64,000 nucleotides of DNA, taken from Eledone cirrhosa. Taxonomy: Eukaryota. The stretch lies in NCBI GenBank assembly GCA_964016885.1, contig OZ024748.1, forward strand, positions 14,446,001-14,510,000. The letters run 5' to 3'. The notes under the pieces were generated by a model, which was not told the origin of the DNA, searched no databases, and saw only the letters and a program-made list of their open reading frames with translations. A program made the position numbers and the translations under genes. This document shows positions 12,905 to 24,470 of the stretch, in pieces. Position 1 is the first letter of the stretch. Every line of letters starts with the position of its first letter.

Positions 12905-13182
12905 TCTCAAGCCTGGTGGCTCATCAGGCTGGTAGATGTCCTGGTTTCCATGTTGTGAAGTGACAAAGTAAAAGACTCCCCTCTGGACAGGATACCAGTC
13001 CATTGCATGGTTACCCCCTCCCCCAGCTAATGCTGGTATTTATTTTCAGCAGAGTATAATTGAAAAGTGAAATGAAGTGTTTTTCTCAAGAACATGACAC
13101 AGAACACAGTACAGGAATTGAACTGTTGACATTATGATCATAAATCCAACACCATTACACCCATTAGGCCATGAACCTCCAC
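12905..13182 (-). mobile_element. tRNA-derived SINE family C (tail gggtaacc.tgc.atggactggt.tcctgtccag)
   Basis: Homologous copies at 38618-38875 and 59886-60145; partial copies at 56350-56485 and 61178-61250. Confidence 0.7.
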
Positions 13183-13217
13183 ATATACATCATTATAGCT
13201 AGTATTATATATAAATA

Positions 13218-13396
13218 GGGCGGTGGATTGGCAGTATCAGTAGAGAGTCGGACGCCATGCTTTCCAGCATAGTTACGTCCCTTTACGGTCTGTGTTCAAA
13301 TCCCGCCGAGGTTAACTTTGCCTTTCATCGATAAAATAAAGTACCAGTAATGTACTGGGTAATTGCTGGCCTTGTGCCAATAGTAGAAACAATTAT
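13218..13396 (+). mobile_element. tRNA-derived SINE family A copy
   Basis: gggcggtggattggcagtatcagtagagagtcggacgcc (A-box-like) ... gtgttcaaatcccgcc (B box) ... gtagaaacaattat. Further copies at 17894-18078, 18175-18466, 47000-47148, 51250-51683, 52728-52948, 56530-56736, 58930-59090. Confidence 0.85.
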
Positions 13397-13465
13397 ATAT
13401 AAATATATCCAATACACGGCCTTCTCACTCCTGTTTGAACACCCTCCATAATTGACCTCAATAAT

Positions 13466-13936
13466 TTCTCTTTGGTTTTGGTCATGTCAGGGGTGTAGAC
13501 ATACTCACCAGACTTGGCCAATTACAGATTGGCAATTGTGTATACACACACATGTACACATACACACACACACAAACATATATATATATATATATATACA
13601 CACACAGGTACAAATAAAATCCAAACAATCTTTTACCATGCACTTTTTTATAAAGATTTGTTACAGCTTTGAATTAAAGAAATATTTTGGCATTGCCACT
13701 AGCACTTTCTGTTTGGTTTTGGTCATGTCAGGGGTTTAGACATACTCTCCACACTTGTCCAATTACGGATTGGCAATTGTGTATATACACACACGCACAC
13801 ACACATATATATATATATATACACACACATACATACATATACAAATAAAATCCAAACATTCTTTTACCATGCACTTTTTATAAAGAATTGTTACAGCTTT
13901 GAATTAAAGAAGTGTTTTGGCATTTTCACTAGCACC
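13466..13936. repeat. Tandem duplication of an about 235-bp intronic segment
   Basis: Both units begin ttct.tttggttttggtcatgtcagggg and end ttttggcatt..cactagcac (13466-13706, 13707-13936). Confidence 0.9.
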
Positions 13937-14060
13937 TCCACTGCTTTCTCTCTCTATCGCTTACATATACTTTATTCTTATACCCTTTCCAGTGTTATAT
14001 ATGTTTTACACAACATATACAGCAGCTTTAATATAAAAGATGGGTTGTTTGTCCACTTAC

Positions 14061-14270
14061 TTCTTCCTCGTAATCCCTTTCCACAATAAGGCACTCGTGG
14101 TGGCAACACACAGGCACTCCACGGAGTGGCCTTCCAAAGATACTCATCGCACCAGGGTAAATCGGTGCAATGTCTTGTATCGACCAGCTTTAATGGACAA
14201 ATTTTTCCTCCTTCATCCGCTGGCTGTAGAATATATTTCTTTCGAGACTGAGTTGGAGTTGCTTGTATTG
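14061..14270 (-). CDS. THSD7A: THSD7A/B-like exon (210 nt, phase 1-1)
   Basis: ttcttcAG acceptor, GTaagt donor; AIQATPTQSRKKYILQPADEGGKICPLKLVDTRHCTDLPWCDEYLWKATPWSACVLPPRVPYCGKGLRGR. Confidence 0.93.
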
Positions 14271-14549
14271 CTGAAGAACAAATGAAAACAATACTGAAAT
14301 TCATGAAAACTGAGAGACATGAAAACCTAAAAAAATATAAGAATATGGACATCTTTCATGTGAAACTATTCATAAATATCTACTTACATCTATACTATTG
14401 ATAGAAAAAAAATAAACGATATAATATACAGGTTTAATCTGCTGAACAATATAATACATTTGTCTATCTCATTTCATGAAGAAAATATCTCACCTTATAC
14501 ATGTGTATGTATGTATGAATATTTGTATGTATACATGTGTGTCTGTGTA

Positions 14550-14938
<389 letters not shown>

Positions 14939-16669
14939 TCATCAGCATCATTTAATATCTGTTTTTCCTGTTTTCCTAGCAAGAGATGGACAAGCACTTA
15001 ACTTGAGCTACTGACCTCTCAGACATGTGTGGGCCAAATATTTATATATTATTATTATTATAATTATTACTATCATTATCATCACAAAATATTATTAAGG
15101 AAAGAAATCAGGTTGCTATAAGAAAGGGAATATGTGAATATAAAACTTTAGATCTTTAGATTTACATGAAAAATATACTAAGTTGGTATGCTGAAAAACT
15201 AACTGGTGAATGATGAAAGAAGATATTTGTCTGTTGTGCTCAGAATTGTTGGCATTAATATACTGGTTGGATGCCCTTCCTATTACCACCAGCACCACTT
15301 TACAGTATGGACTGGGTGCTTTTATGTGTGCCACTAGCACTAGAGGGGTTGTCTTACTAGATTCAGGGGCCCTCTCCACCCCGTATTTTGGCATGGTTTT
15401 TAACGGCTGAATGTTATTACCATTACCTCCATTTTACAGCATGGGACTGGGTGCTTCGGAGTGGTAGCTCTCCTAGACGGGTTGCCCACACTATGGGTTA
15501 CAGAGCCACCGTCCGCTTCGTATATACTATGAAAATTACTTACACAAAGTGAAGGCAACATCTTATATATATATATATATGTGTGTGTGTAATATATCAT
15601 TACCATCACCATTTAAGATCAATTTTCCCCAACTAGAAAAGTATGATATATATATATATGTGTGTGTGTGTGTATGTATGTGTGTGTGTGTGTATGTATG
15701 AATGCATGTAATGCCATCATCACCAACTTTTAATGTCTTTTAATGCATTTCCAAGTAAGTACTTTATTGGAGTTACTGTCCTTGCAGACGGGCTGGGAGC
15801 CACATCTTAGATACATTCCAGTATTAGCTTCCATTCTATGGTAAGGACAACATTTCTAACACCAAGAATTTTACAGAGTGTACTGGCTGCATTTCAATGT
15901 GGCACCAGCACTAAGGAGTTTGTCATGTCTTTCTCACAACCGACATGTCCTCCTTTGTTTAGTTTTAAGTAACTTTGTTTAGCAAGGTTTCTACAGTTGT
16001 GTGCCTTTCATATCCCCAATCAAATTACAGAGTGTACTGGCTGCATTTCATTGTGGCACCAGCACAAAGGATATGTCGTGCCCTTGATACAACCGAAGTG
16101 TCCTTTCAAACTTTTGTCTAGCATGCTTATCTACAGCTGCAGAGCCTTTTTATTTATCAACAACCAATTTAAAGTCTACTGACAGCAATTTATTATGGCA
16201 CCAGCACTAGGGAAGTTTATTGAGTCCTTGCCATGACAAAAACATCCTCTCAACCCATTTTTGGCATGGTTTTTATGATTCGATGACTTTCTTATACATA
16301 CAAACAGCTTTTATGAAATAGACCCACCACTCCATCCTTCATGAAATATCAGTCCTTCATGACTTCTACAACTAAGTATAAATGAAATAATGGCTTAAAG
16401 TGACTGTCTACCACTATATCACTGTTAGGAAACAGGTTATAGACATTCGAGAAAGATGTAATCTTTGTGTGAAATAACTTTAAGTAAAGCAATAAAATAT
16501 ATTCTGAATTTTTGAGACAAAATATTAGAAAATATTTATATTTCTAAACAGGAAGCTTTTCTGGGGATTTGTATATCTTTGCTTGTTTGAAATTCGATTT
16601 CAATCTTCAGCAAAATTCTCTCCATATGTTTTGCCTTAACATAAAATAATAACTCAATATGTACAAACA

Positions 16670-16700
<31 letters not shown>

Positions 16701-16749
16701 TGAAAAAAAGATATAACCATATATAATATTTTATTATATATAAAACAAA

Positions 16750-16787
<38 letters not shown>

Positions 16788-18610
16788 TATATATTTGTAT
16801 GTACATATGTATTGCCTTGCATTGCATTACAGTATGAAATGAAACAGAAAATAAAACAAAACAGTAAAACTATCAGATAAGTATGCTATTTAAAAGTAAA
16901 TAAATGCTTTTGAGGTTTCTTAAAGGCAGAAATTTTTCTGTTGAATAATGTGTTAGTAAAAAAATAATGTTCTACTTTAAATATCAAAGACTGGAAAAAC
17001 AACAAAACCACCAGTTTTCAGACTGGGTTACTATAAAAACAAATACTGAAACCCCATCAAAATCTTCCTTAAGATGTTAGTTGTCAAAAATCAGTGAATA
17101 TCAAGATTTGCCATTAAAAATTGTTTCTCTTCTTTTGGAAATATAAAAGTATTTCGAAAACCTGCTGTATTGTAAGGCTATATATCATATTGTGGGCTGT
17201 CAACTATATTTTATATATATATGTATATATTATACGTATGTATGTTTGAATATACACAGACACACTATATATATGTGTGTGTATGTGTGTGTGTAAACAA
17301 ATGATGATGATGATGTTATAAATATATAAATATATATATATATATACACACACTAAAGATATGTATGGGTAATGTATTTATGTATTGCTACATTATGTAT
17401 GATAAATGACAGCTCTGTGTCTTGTCAAGATAGACTTAAGCTTTTAACCCTTCCCCACAAAAATTAAGATCATTATTATAGTGTGGGTGGGGGAATTAGT
17501 CTGGAGATCAGCATCACCATCTTCTGAAACTCCTTCCCACTAACACCATTGCCTCTCCCTAACCAACTTTGAAATCAAGATAACCTTGAATATTGTTTTA
17601 ATTAAACCATCTTAATTTAATTGTACATTATAGAGCTGATCGACTATTTCTTTACAATATTTCTAATGAAAGTCACCGCTTGCAATTATTAATCAATTTG
17701 AAAATAATCTAGAAATTATAGGGCTACAGTAATATCATTTTTTCATTATATAACAAAATTTCTTATATAAAATTATGATGGAAGGTTTTTAGATGAATAT
17801 AAATACTTTAAATTTAACTGTTTTGTATCATAGATTTGACTTCATCCTACCCTACAAAATTTATGGTCTTGTGCATATAGTAGAAATCATTATTGGCAGT
17901 ATCGGTAGAGAGTCGGATGCCATGCTTTCCAGCAAAGAGTTACATCCCTTTACGAACTGATTTCAAATCTCACCGAGGTTAACTTTGCCTTTCATCCTTA
18001 CAGAGTCGATAAAATAAAGTACCAGTAATGTAATGGGTATTTGCTGACCTTGTGCCAAATGTAGAAACAATTATTATTAATACTATTATTTCCACATTTT
18101 CAAGTGAGTTTCTGCTGCACCATATGGTACACCTCTATGCTCCTGAGATGTGTGCTTTATCTATTATTATTATCTCGCCAAGGTTAGCTTTGCCTTTCAT
18201 CCTTACGGGGTTAATAAAATAAAGCACCAATAACGTACTCAGCTTGATTTAATCGACTTTCCCCCCTCTCCCCAAATTGCTGGCCTTGCACATTAAGTAG
18301 AAATCATTATCATTATTATATGGGCGGTGGATTGGCAGTATTGGTAGAGCATCAAACAACCTGCTTCACAGCATAGAGTTATGACCCTTTATGTTCTGAG
18401 TTCAAATACAGCTGGGGTTAGTTTTGCATTTCATCCTAACGAGGTTGATAAAATAAAGTATCAGTCAATCAACATATCTAACAACATCAGTTACAATATA
18501 CTGTATCGTAAAAGAAATATGAAAATAAATTTAAGCAGAACTCAACTCAAGGAAAAAATATTTAAAGCTGTATGTTTGTTTTATTTGATAAATAAATCAG
18601 TTTTGTTTAC

Positions 18611-18726
18611 CTTTTGTGCAAGTAGCACTGCAAGGTGACCAGTGTGAATAATCTGTAACTTCACAGTCTCGAGGGCATGGTAACTGGCAAGGCTGCATGT
18701 CTGCAGGCTTTAAATTTCGAACACAC
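18611..18726 (-). CDS. THSD7A: THSD7A/B-like exon (116 nt, phase 2-1); absent from the ORF track
   Basis: ttatttAG acceptor, GTaaac donor; (W)CVRNLKPADMQPCQLPCPRDCEVTDYSHWSPCSATCTK; completes the TG+G codon from the previous exon (compare recalled human RPCLLPCKKDCIVTPYSDWTSC). Confidence 0.92.
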
Positions 18727-18932
18727 CTAAATAAGAAACATAAATACATATATATATCTATCTAGTCCTGTAGAAGTCATTTCAGTATATACATATACAC
18801 ACACACATATCTATATACATATATACACACACATATATATATGTGTAAAAGGCAAAAAGAAATAACAAAGCAAACAACACACTACAATGAAGAAATATAT
18901 TATTAGTTTTATGCTTGATATAGTAGGAAAAG

Positions 18933-18968
18933 AGTCAATGTTTCAGGTCTTAATCCTTCATCAGAAAA
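18933..18968 (-). ncRNA. Degenerate minimal hammerhead ribozyme motif (PLE-type)
   Basis: Minus strand: CTGATGA AGG-ATTAAGA-CCT GAAAC ATT GACTC, followed by the same tail as the 22019 and 29868 copies (ttcctactat.tcaagcat). Confidence 0.55.
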
Positions 18969-19134
18969 TATAAAAGAAAATTAAAGAATAAATAGAGACT
19001 CAAGGAAAAAAAATATTTTTCATTTTAGATTACTTTAAACTCCATTTATTGTATATTTTCTATAATGCCGGGGTTGTTTTTATATTTGAACTCAGAGCGA
19101 GTTATATAATTCTTCTTGTCAAGAAAGAATCACT

Positions 19135-19400
19135 GGACAGATTTTATGGGGAAAACCAACCGATGAGAGACCCAGGTATGCTGGGGAAAAACCAACCGAT
19201 GAGAGACCCAGCAAGATGGTTAAAATAATATCTATGAGCTCAGGTGGTGTCACTTGTGAATCCAGCCAGATGAATTGGAGATGGTTGCTTCTGACAGGAC
19301 CCACTGGAAGGAGTGTTTGTAAACTCTGCTCCCACAACCGTCCCAGGAATGAGGAGCAGGAGGAGGGGGGAGAGGAAGAAGGAGAAGAAGAAAACAACGA
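19135..19400 (+). mobile_element. Degenerate RTE-like LINE 3' fragment with an internal 35-bp duplication
   Basis: ggggaaaaccaaccgatgagagaccca occurs twice; GRP-like region, then an (AGG/AAG) tail. Confidence 0.45.
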
Positions 19401-20392
19401 ATCATACACTAGGGGTTTAGTCTTATTGACTGTGATGCTGTACCAAAGTTAGTTAAATAAGGTGAATGTAGAATGTAGTGATGTAACAATATGTTTTAGA
19501 GAAGTGTAGTCACGTTGATAATACACACAGTGTGCTATATTGAGTAAATCAATATACTTAGTTCAATAATTCAATTTCAGTTTATGTTCAGTAAAATATG
19601 TCTATAGACAAAGGATATTATCTGGCTCCTATGAGAGTTTTCATGTGTAAAAAATCCCTCATCATAGTTATAGCTCAGAGTAATACACTGTGTATTTCAG
19701 GCAATAATCTTTACAGAAGGATAAATTTCATGGTTATAAATATTTGTCTTGTGTTCCTGGACTCACTAAAATCAATTTTCCCTTCATTTGACTATTAAAT
19801 GATGACCATTTTTAACTGACCGACTGGTTTTTGAAGTTTCACTGTCAACTCATCCATGCATGATTACACACATTTTATAAAACACAATTTTTCACATTGT
19901 AATCATTAGTTTTACATCCATTTTTCTATCCATGTTGGCAATGTCTGAATGGATAAATAAACATGGATCTTGTACATTGTATTTTATGAGGTTTTAGCAA
20001 CTTCATAACACCAGTTAATATGATAACATAGTCTGGCTCTATTTATTGGAATTAGAAGTAGACTGCATTTTAAAACAAAGCCGTGCATCCAAGCAATACT
20101 GATGAACTGACTAACAGATGACTGAAGCCAGATCTGTTTTCACATCGCATCAAAGGTGGCACTGACATACAGACTCCTGACTACTGGGGACCAGATGTAT
20201 CTTTTCATTGCTCAGCTAAGGTGACACTGACTTACTTATTGCTGAGTGACAGAGGGTGTTTTCATTGCTCAGCTAAGGTGTCTCTGACTTACAGATCCCT
20301 GAAGGCCAGAGACATGTTTTCAGTTTAGCCCTTTTCTGATAATTTCCATTGAATGAAACAGTTCTAGCTCTTTAAAAGCCCTTTCAATATTA

Positions 20393-20399
<7 letters not shown>

Positions 20400-20485
<86 letters not shown>
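20400..20485. repeat. (TA)n microsatellite
   Basis: Visible directly. Confidence 0.95.
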
Positions 20486-20488
<3 letters not shown>

Positions 20489-20503
20489 TCACACACACAA
20501 GAA

Positions 20504-20692
20504 ATCCCAGTAGAAGGAAGACCACGGAAAACATAGGTGGATGTGGTGAAAGCAGCCTCAGATTGCTGAAGCTCATGGAGGAGATGACGATGGACCGTAA
20601 CAAGTGGAGAGATGCTGTGCTGGATAGGAGCCATCCCACCCTGGCAAGCAGGGAAAAGCGGACGTAAAATGATGATGGTGATGATGATGATA
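20504..20692 (+). mobile_element. RTE LINE 3' end (ORF2 C-terminus plus short 3' UTR and (GAT)n)
   Basis: RRGRPRKT*VDVVK...MTMDRNKWRDAVL, then cccaccctggcaagcagggaaaagcggacgtaaaatgatgatg. Confidence 0.8.
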
Positions 20693-21085
20693 TATATACA
20701 CATATATATATATATACATATTTATGTAGTCCTCTCAAATTTGAATTGTGCAAAGCTACATGAGAGCTGAAGAAGTTAGATGATGTTTGTGTGATCTTAT
20801 CTTGTTAATTTTCCCCATTTTCTTCTTTTGCTCCGCTTAAACTTCTGTCTGCTGATTTCTGTTCATCTGAGGTAAGATTTTACCCAACACCATCATTGGT
20901 GGCATTTTGCTGTCTTAACAGCTATTCTTGTGTTGAAATTTTCCCATTATTCTACGAATTCTAATCCAGTCATGCCTCTACTTGATCTTCAAGAGAACTT
21001 TATATATATATATATATATATATAATACAAGTGGAAGCTTACTAAAATCGAAGCTTTGGCTGTGGGCAAGCTAAGTCGACCTACA

Positions 21086-21126
<41 letters not shown>

Positions 21127-22018
21127 AGTCTGTGTATAATACACACAAACCTTTATTCCCCACAATCTCCGACTATATTTTTTCACAATATGTATTTGTC
21201 TTCTCCCCTGCTGCCAATATGTTCTGTAGTTTCTTCAACAGTTTCTAACCAATAGAAAGCAGATCAACAAGAACAACAAGAAAGCTATCTTCACTTATGT
21301 TATGTGATAATGATTGAATTCCTGCATAGCTTTTCATAGATCACTTAAGGACACTTGTGTATAGAGAAATAAGAAAACCGTTATTTTCATGCCCTGGAAG
21401 ATAACATCGTACAAGTTTTCCTGTAGAAATATTCTGTTCATCATTTGATTTATGTATTCATAACATTTTAATTCTCTCTCTTCTCCTGGCTTTTGGGCAG
21501 GAGATGGAGTGGGTTTCAGCAATAAAATACACACAGAAGACAACAGTATTTGAGAAAAGCACAAAAAGTACAATATAAATGAAAGGGTTAATATTTAAGA
21601 TTTTCACAATGGGTTCTGTTACTAAGGTATTATGTGCAGAAACAAGGCATTGCAAGTGCTGGTTTAACTTGTTTTAATCTATTTTATTTTACTTTATTGG
21701 TCTCAAGCATTATTTTATTTTATTGGTTTAAGACTAAGGCTATGCAGGAGTACTGCCTTTGTTTATTCAATCATATCAACCCCAGTACTTCTTTTTTCAA
21801 GCTGGTGCCTATTTTACAGATCTCTATTTTGTCTAACCCCTAATTTACATGACATAAACATAGACACACATATAAATACAGATAGACACTCATGCACACA
21901 CAACACACACACATATGTATACATATATATTGGCTGACTGAATACATACGTGTTTTTTTTTGTTTTGTTTTTTTTGTTCTTCCTCTTCTCACTCTCTATC
22001 TTTGTATTTTTTTTTATT

Positions 22019-22060
22019 GAATCTTCTAATGAAAGACTAGTGCCTGAAACATTAAGACTC
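22019..22060 (+). ncRNA. Degenerate minimal hammerhead ribozyme motif
   Basis: GAATCTT CTAATGA AAGACTAGTGCCT GAAAC ATT AAGACTC; stem I GAATCTT/AAGACTC pairs at 6 of 7 positions; core mutated. Confidence 0.5.
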
Positions 22061-22332
22061 TGTTCCTACTATTTCAAGCATTATACTAATATATTCCTTC
22101 ATTGTTCAGTGTCGTTTGTATTGTTATTTCTGCTTAATTTTTACATACATACATGCATATATATATATATACACATATATTTTGAGTATATGTTGGTTGT
22201 TTACCGACACCTCAGTATGCAGATTGGAGCACTCGACGAAGTACGCAGGTTGGTTTGTTTACTCCGGAGCAATGTAAAATAATTAAGTCAAATAGGTAAA
22301 ATTTGGCTTCGTTTATTATCAATTATAGATAT

Positions 22333-22387
22333 ACTGCTATATATATTTCGGTGACAGCCATCATTGGCTGTGACGTCTTCAGGCAGT
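22333..22387 (-). ncRNA. Type I hammerhead ribozyme candidate
   Basis: Minus strand: ACTGC CTGAAGA C-GTCACAGCCA-ATGA-TGGCTGTCAC-C GAAA T-ATAT-ATA GCAGT. Both core motifs, 5-bp stem I, stem II with 9 of 11 pairs, minimal stem III, AUA triplet. Confidence 0.75.
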
Positions 22388-22789
22388 CCAAATTGGTGTG
22401 GTAGAGACAGGTACACACGTTGTTTAAGTGTGTTTTACTCCGTCAATACTCAAATATGTCCAGCTCCCGGTTACGTTGTTATTTCTCTGAGGAACTGGAA
22501 TCATCCAAAGCCAAATTTTACCTATTTGACTTAATTATTTTATATATATATATATATATGTGCATACATACATGACGGGCTTCGGCAGAATTCCACTCAT
22601 AAGGCATTGTTCAAGCCAAGGTTATAGTAGAAGTCACTTGCCCAATGTGTTGCACAGATGAACTGAACTCAAAACCACATGGTAGTGAAACAAACTCCAT
22701 AATCACATGGCCATGCCGACACCTGGAGATTTTTAATTTAGAATTTAACAAAATATTTTGTCACTTTTTTAAAACTCTTTTATACTAAG

Positions 22790-23266
22790 CCACATGAAGC
22801 CACTCCTGGTTCTATGATTCAAAGCTATTTATTTGAATCTGTTTATATTTATCTAAAATTCTTCCATTTTGATTTAAAATATAAACCAAATTTAACCCTT
22901 TAGCATTTAAACGAGTCATATCCGGCCAGAATTCTCTCACCTCTCTCTGTTTAAACTGGCTGTAACCAGCCACTTATAGTTATGTTAAAGTATTCTTCTG
23001 AAAACAAATAATATCAAAATCTCATAGAGTCAATATTATGCGAGATAAATATGTGAAATAAAGTGTTTACCATGAAAATACAATAGTAAATATAGAGTAA
23101 TGTAAATGCTAAAGTGTTAAGTTATGCTCTAAATACCAACCTAATAATAAGAAATTTAGTTAAATTACCAAATCCCTCTAAATTCTTATTTTCAAAATTA
23201 ATTGAAAAAATAGTCAATGTTAAGAAATACAGAATGAAAGGGTTAACACTAAAAATTTGTCCTGGT
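22790..23266 (-). mobile_element. piggyBac-like MITE family 1 copy interrupted by a family 2 MITE
   Basis: Family 1 sequence continues across the insertion at a duplicated TTAA and ends aaagggTTAA. Confidence 0.7.
22892..23120. mobile_element. piggyBac-like MITE family 2 (TIR CCCTTTAGCATTTA, TTAA target-site duplication)
   Basis: TTAA ccctttagcattta ... taaatgctaaagtg TTAA; homologues at 38281-38508 and, inverted, at about 60992-61160. Confidence 0.8.
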
Positions 23267-23394
23267 TTTAATGTCTTATAATTCCTTGCCAATGTTTATG
23301 GAAGCAAAAAGTGTGATAAGACGAGGGATAGTGTTTTATAGGGTAAATGGCGCATGACTGCATTTACGCATTTATGAAAGATAGAAAAATGAGA

Positions 23395-23690
23395 GAGGGT
23401 GAGTTGTGTGTATGGAATGTGTAGTGTGTGTGTCTGTGTATTGTGTGTGTATATGAGAATTGTATTGTGTGTTGTGTTGTATGTAAGTGTTGTGTTGTGT
23501 GTGTTGCGTTGCATTGTGTGTGTTGTGTTGGGTTTGTGAATTGTGTACGAGAGGGAGACACATAAAGACAGACAAAAACTGTTTTGAGAGATAGGATGTG
23601 GGAATTTGGTGAGAGACAAGAAAAGATTTGCGTATGAGAGAGAAAGACACACACACACAACTATACACAGGTACACACATACACAAAATA
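23395..23690. repeat. GT-rich low-complexity repeat
   Basis: (TTGTG)n-like and GAGA-rich units. Confidence 0.75.
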
Positions 23691-24164
23691 TGGTTATAGA
23701 ACTTGGAATAATTTTATCGATTATATTTGTTTGTCCCATGTATGGTTTCGTTGAGATAGCCATTTCTCTATTGTCAACACAAAACCCCAAATTTAGCTGT
23801 TTAATTCTATTGAGGTTGTCAGGTCTGACTGAAAGATAGGAGTGATTGAAGACAAATAGCAAATATTTACAAACAGACAAATAATCAAAATTACAATTAT
23901 TTCATGAAATAACACTGTATATATAAATATATATATATGTGTGTGTGTGTGTGTCTGAGTGTGTGTGTCTGTGTGCATGTATAGTGGGATTCCCAATTTA
24001 TATAGGGAGGTGAGCACAGTAACAGTTGAAAAAGGTATTTAATATGTTAGTAGAATATAGACATATTTATTTTATTATAGAAATAAGTTCTACAGGACTA
24101 GAACTTTTCATTCTTACAAATGAATTCTAGTTTTGTAGAAGTCATTTCTATAATATATATATAT

Positions 24165-24470
24165 TGTGAAGGCATGTGGATTTGTGGTTGGGAATTTGGC
24201 TCATGATCATAATATCATGAGTTCGATTCTTGGTGATACACTGTGTCCTTGAGCAAGACATTTTCTTTCACGTTACTCCAGTTCACTCAGCTGGTAAAAA
24301 TGAATTGTACTTGTAATTCGAAGAGCCAGTCATGTCACATTCTGTGTCAGGCAGAATTTTCCTGAGAACTACGTTAAGGGTATGCGTGTTTGTGGTATGC
24401 TCAGCCACTTGCACGTTCATTTCACGAGCAGGCTGTTCTATTGATTGGATCAACAGGATATCATTGTCAT
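24165..24470 (+). mobile_element. tRNA-derived SINE family D (Meta/CORE-like centre)
   Basis: Head gaaggcatgtgg...gagttcgattc, centre tgtgtccttgagcaagaca...ctccagttcactcagctg, tail gctcagccacttgcacgtt shared with 57500-57620 and 62900-63010. Confidence 0.65.
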
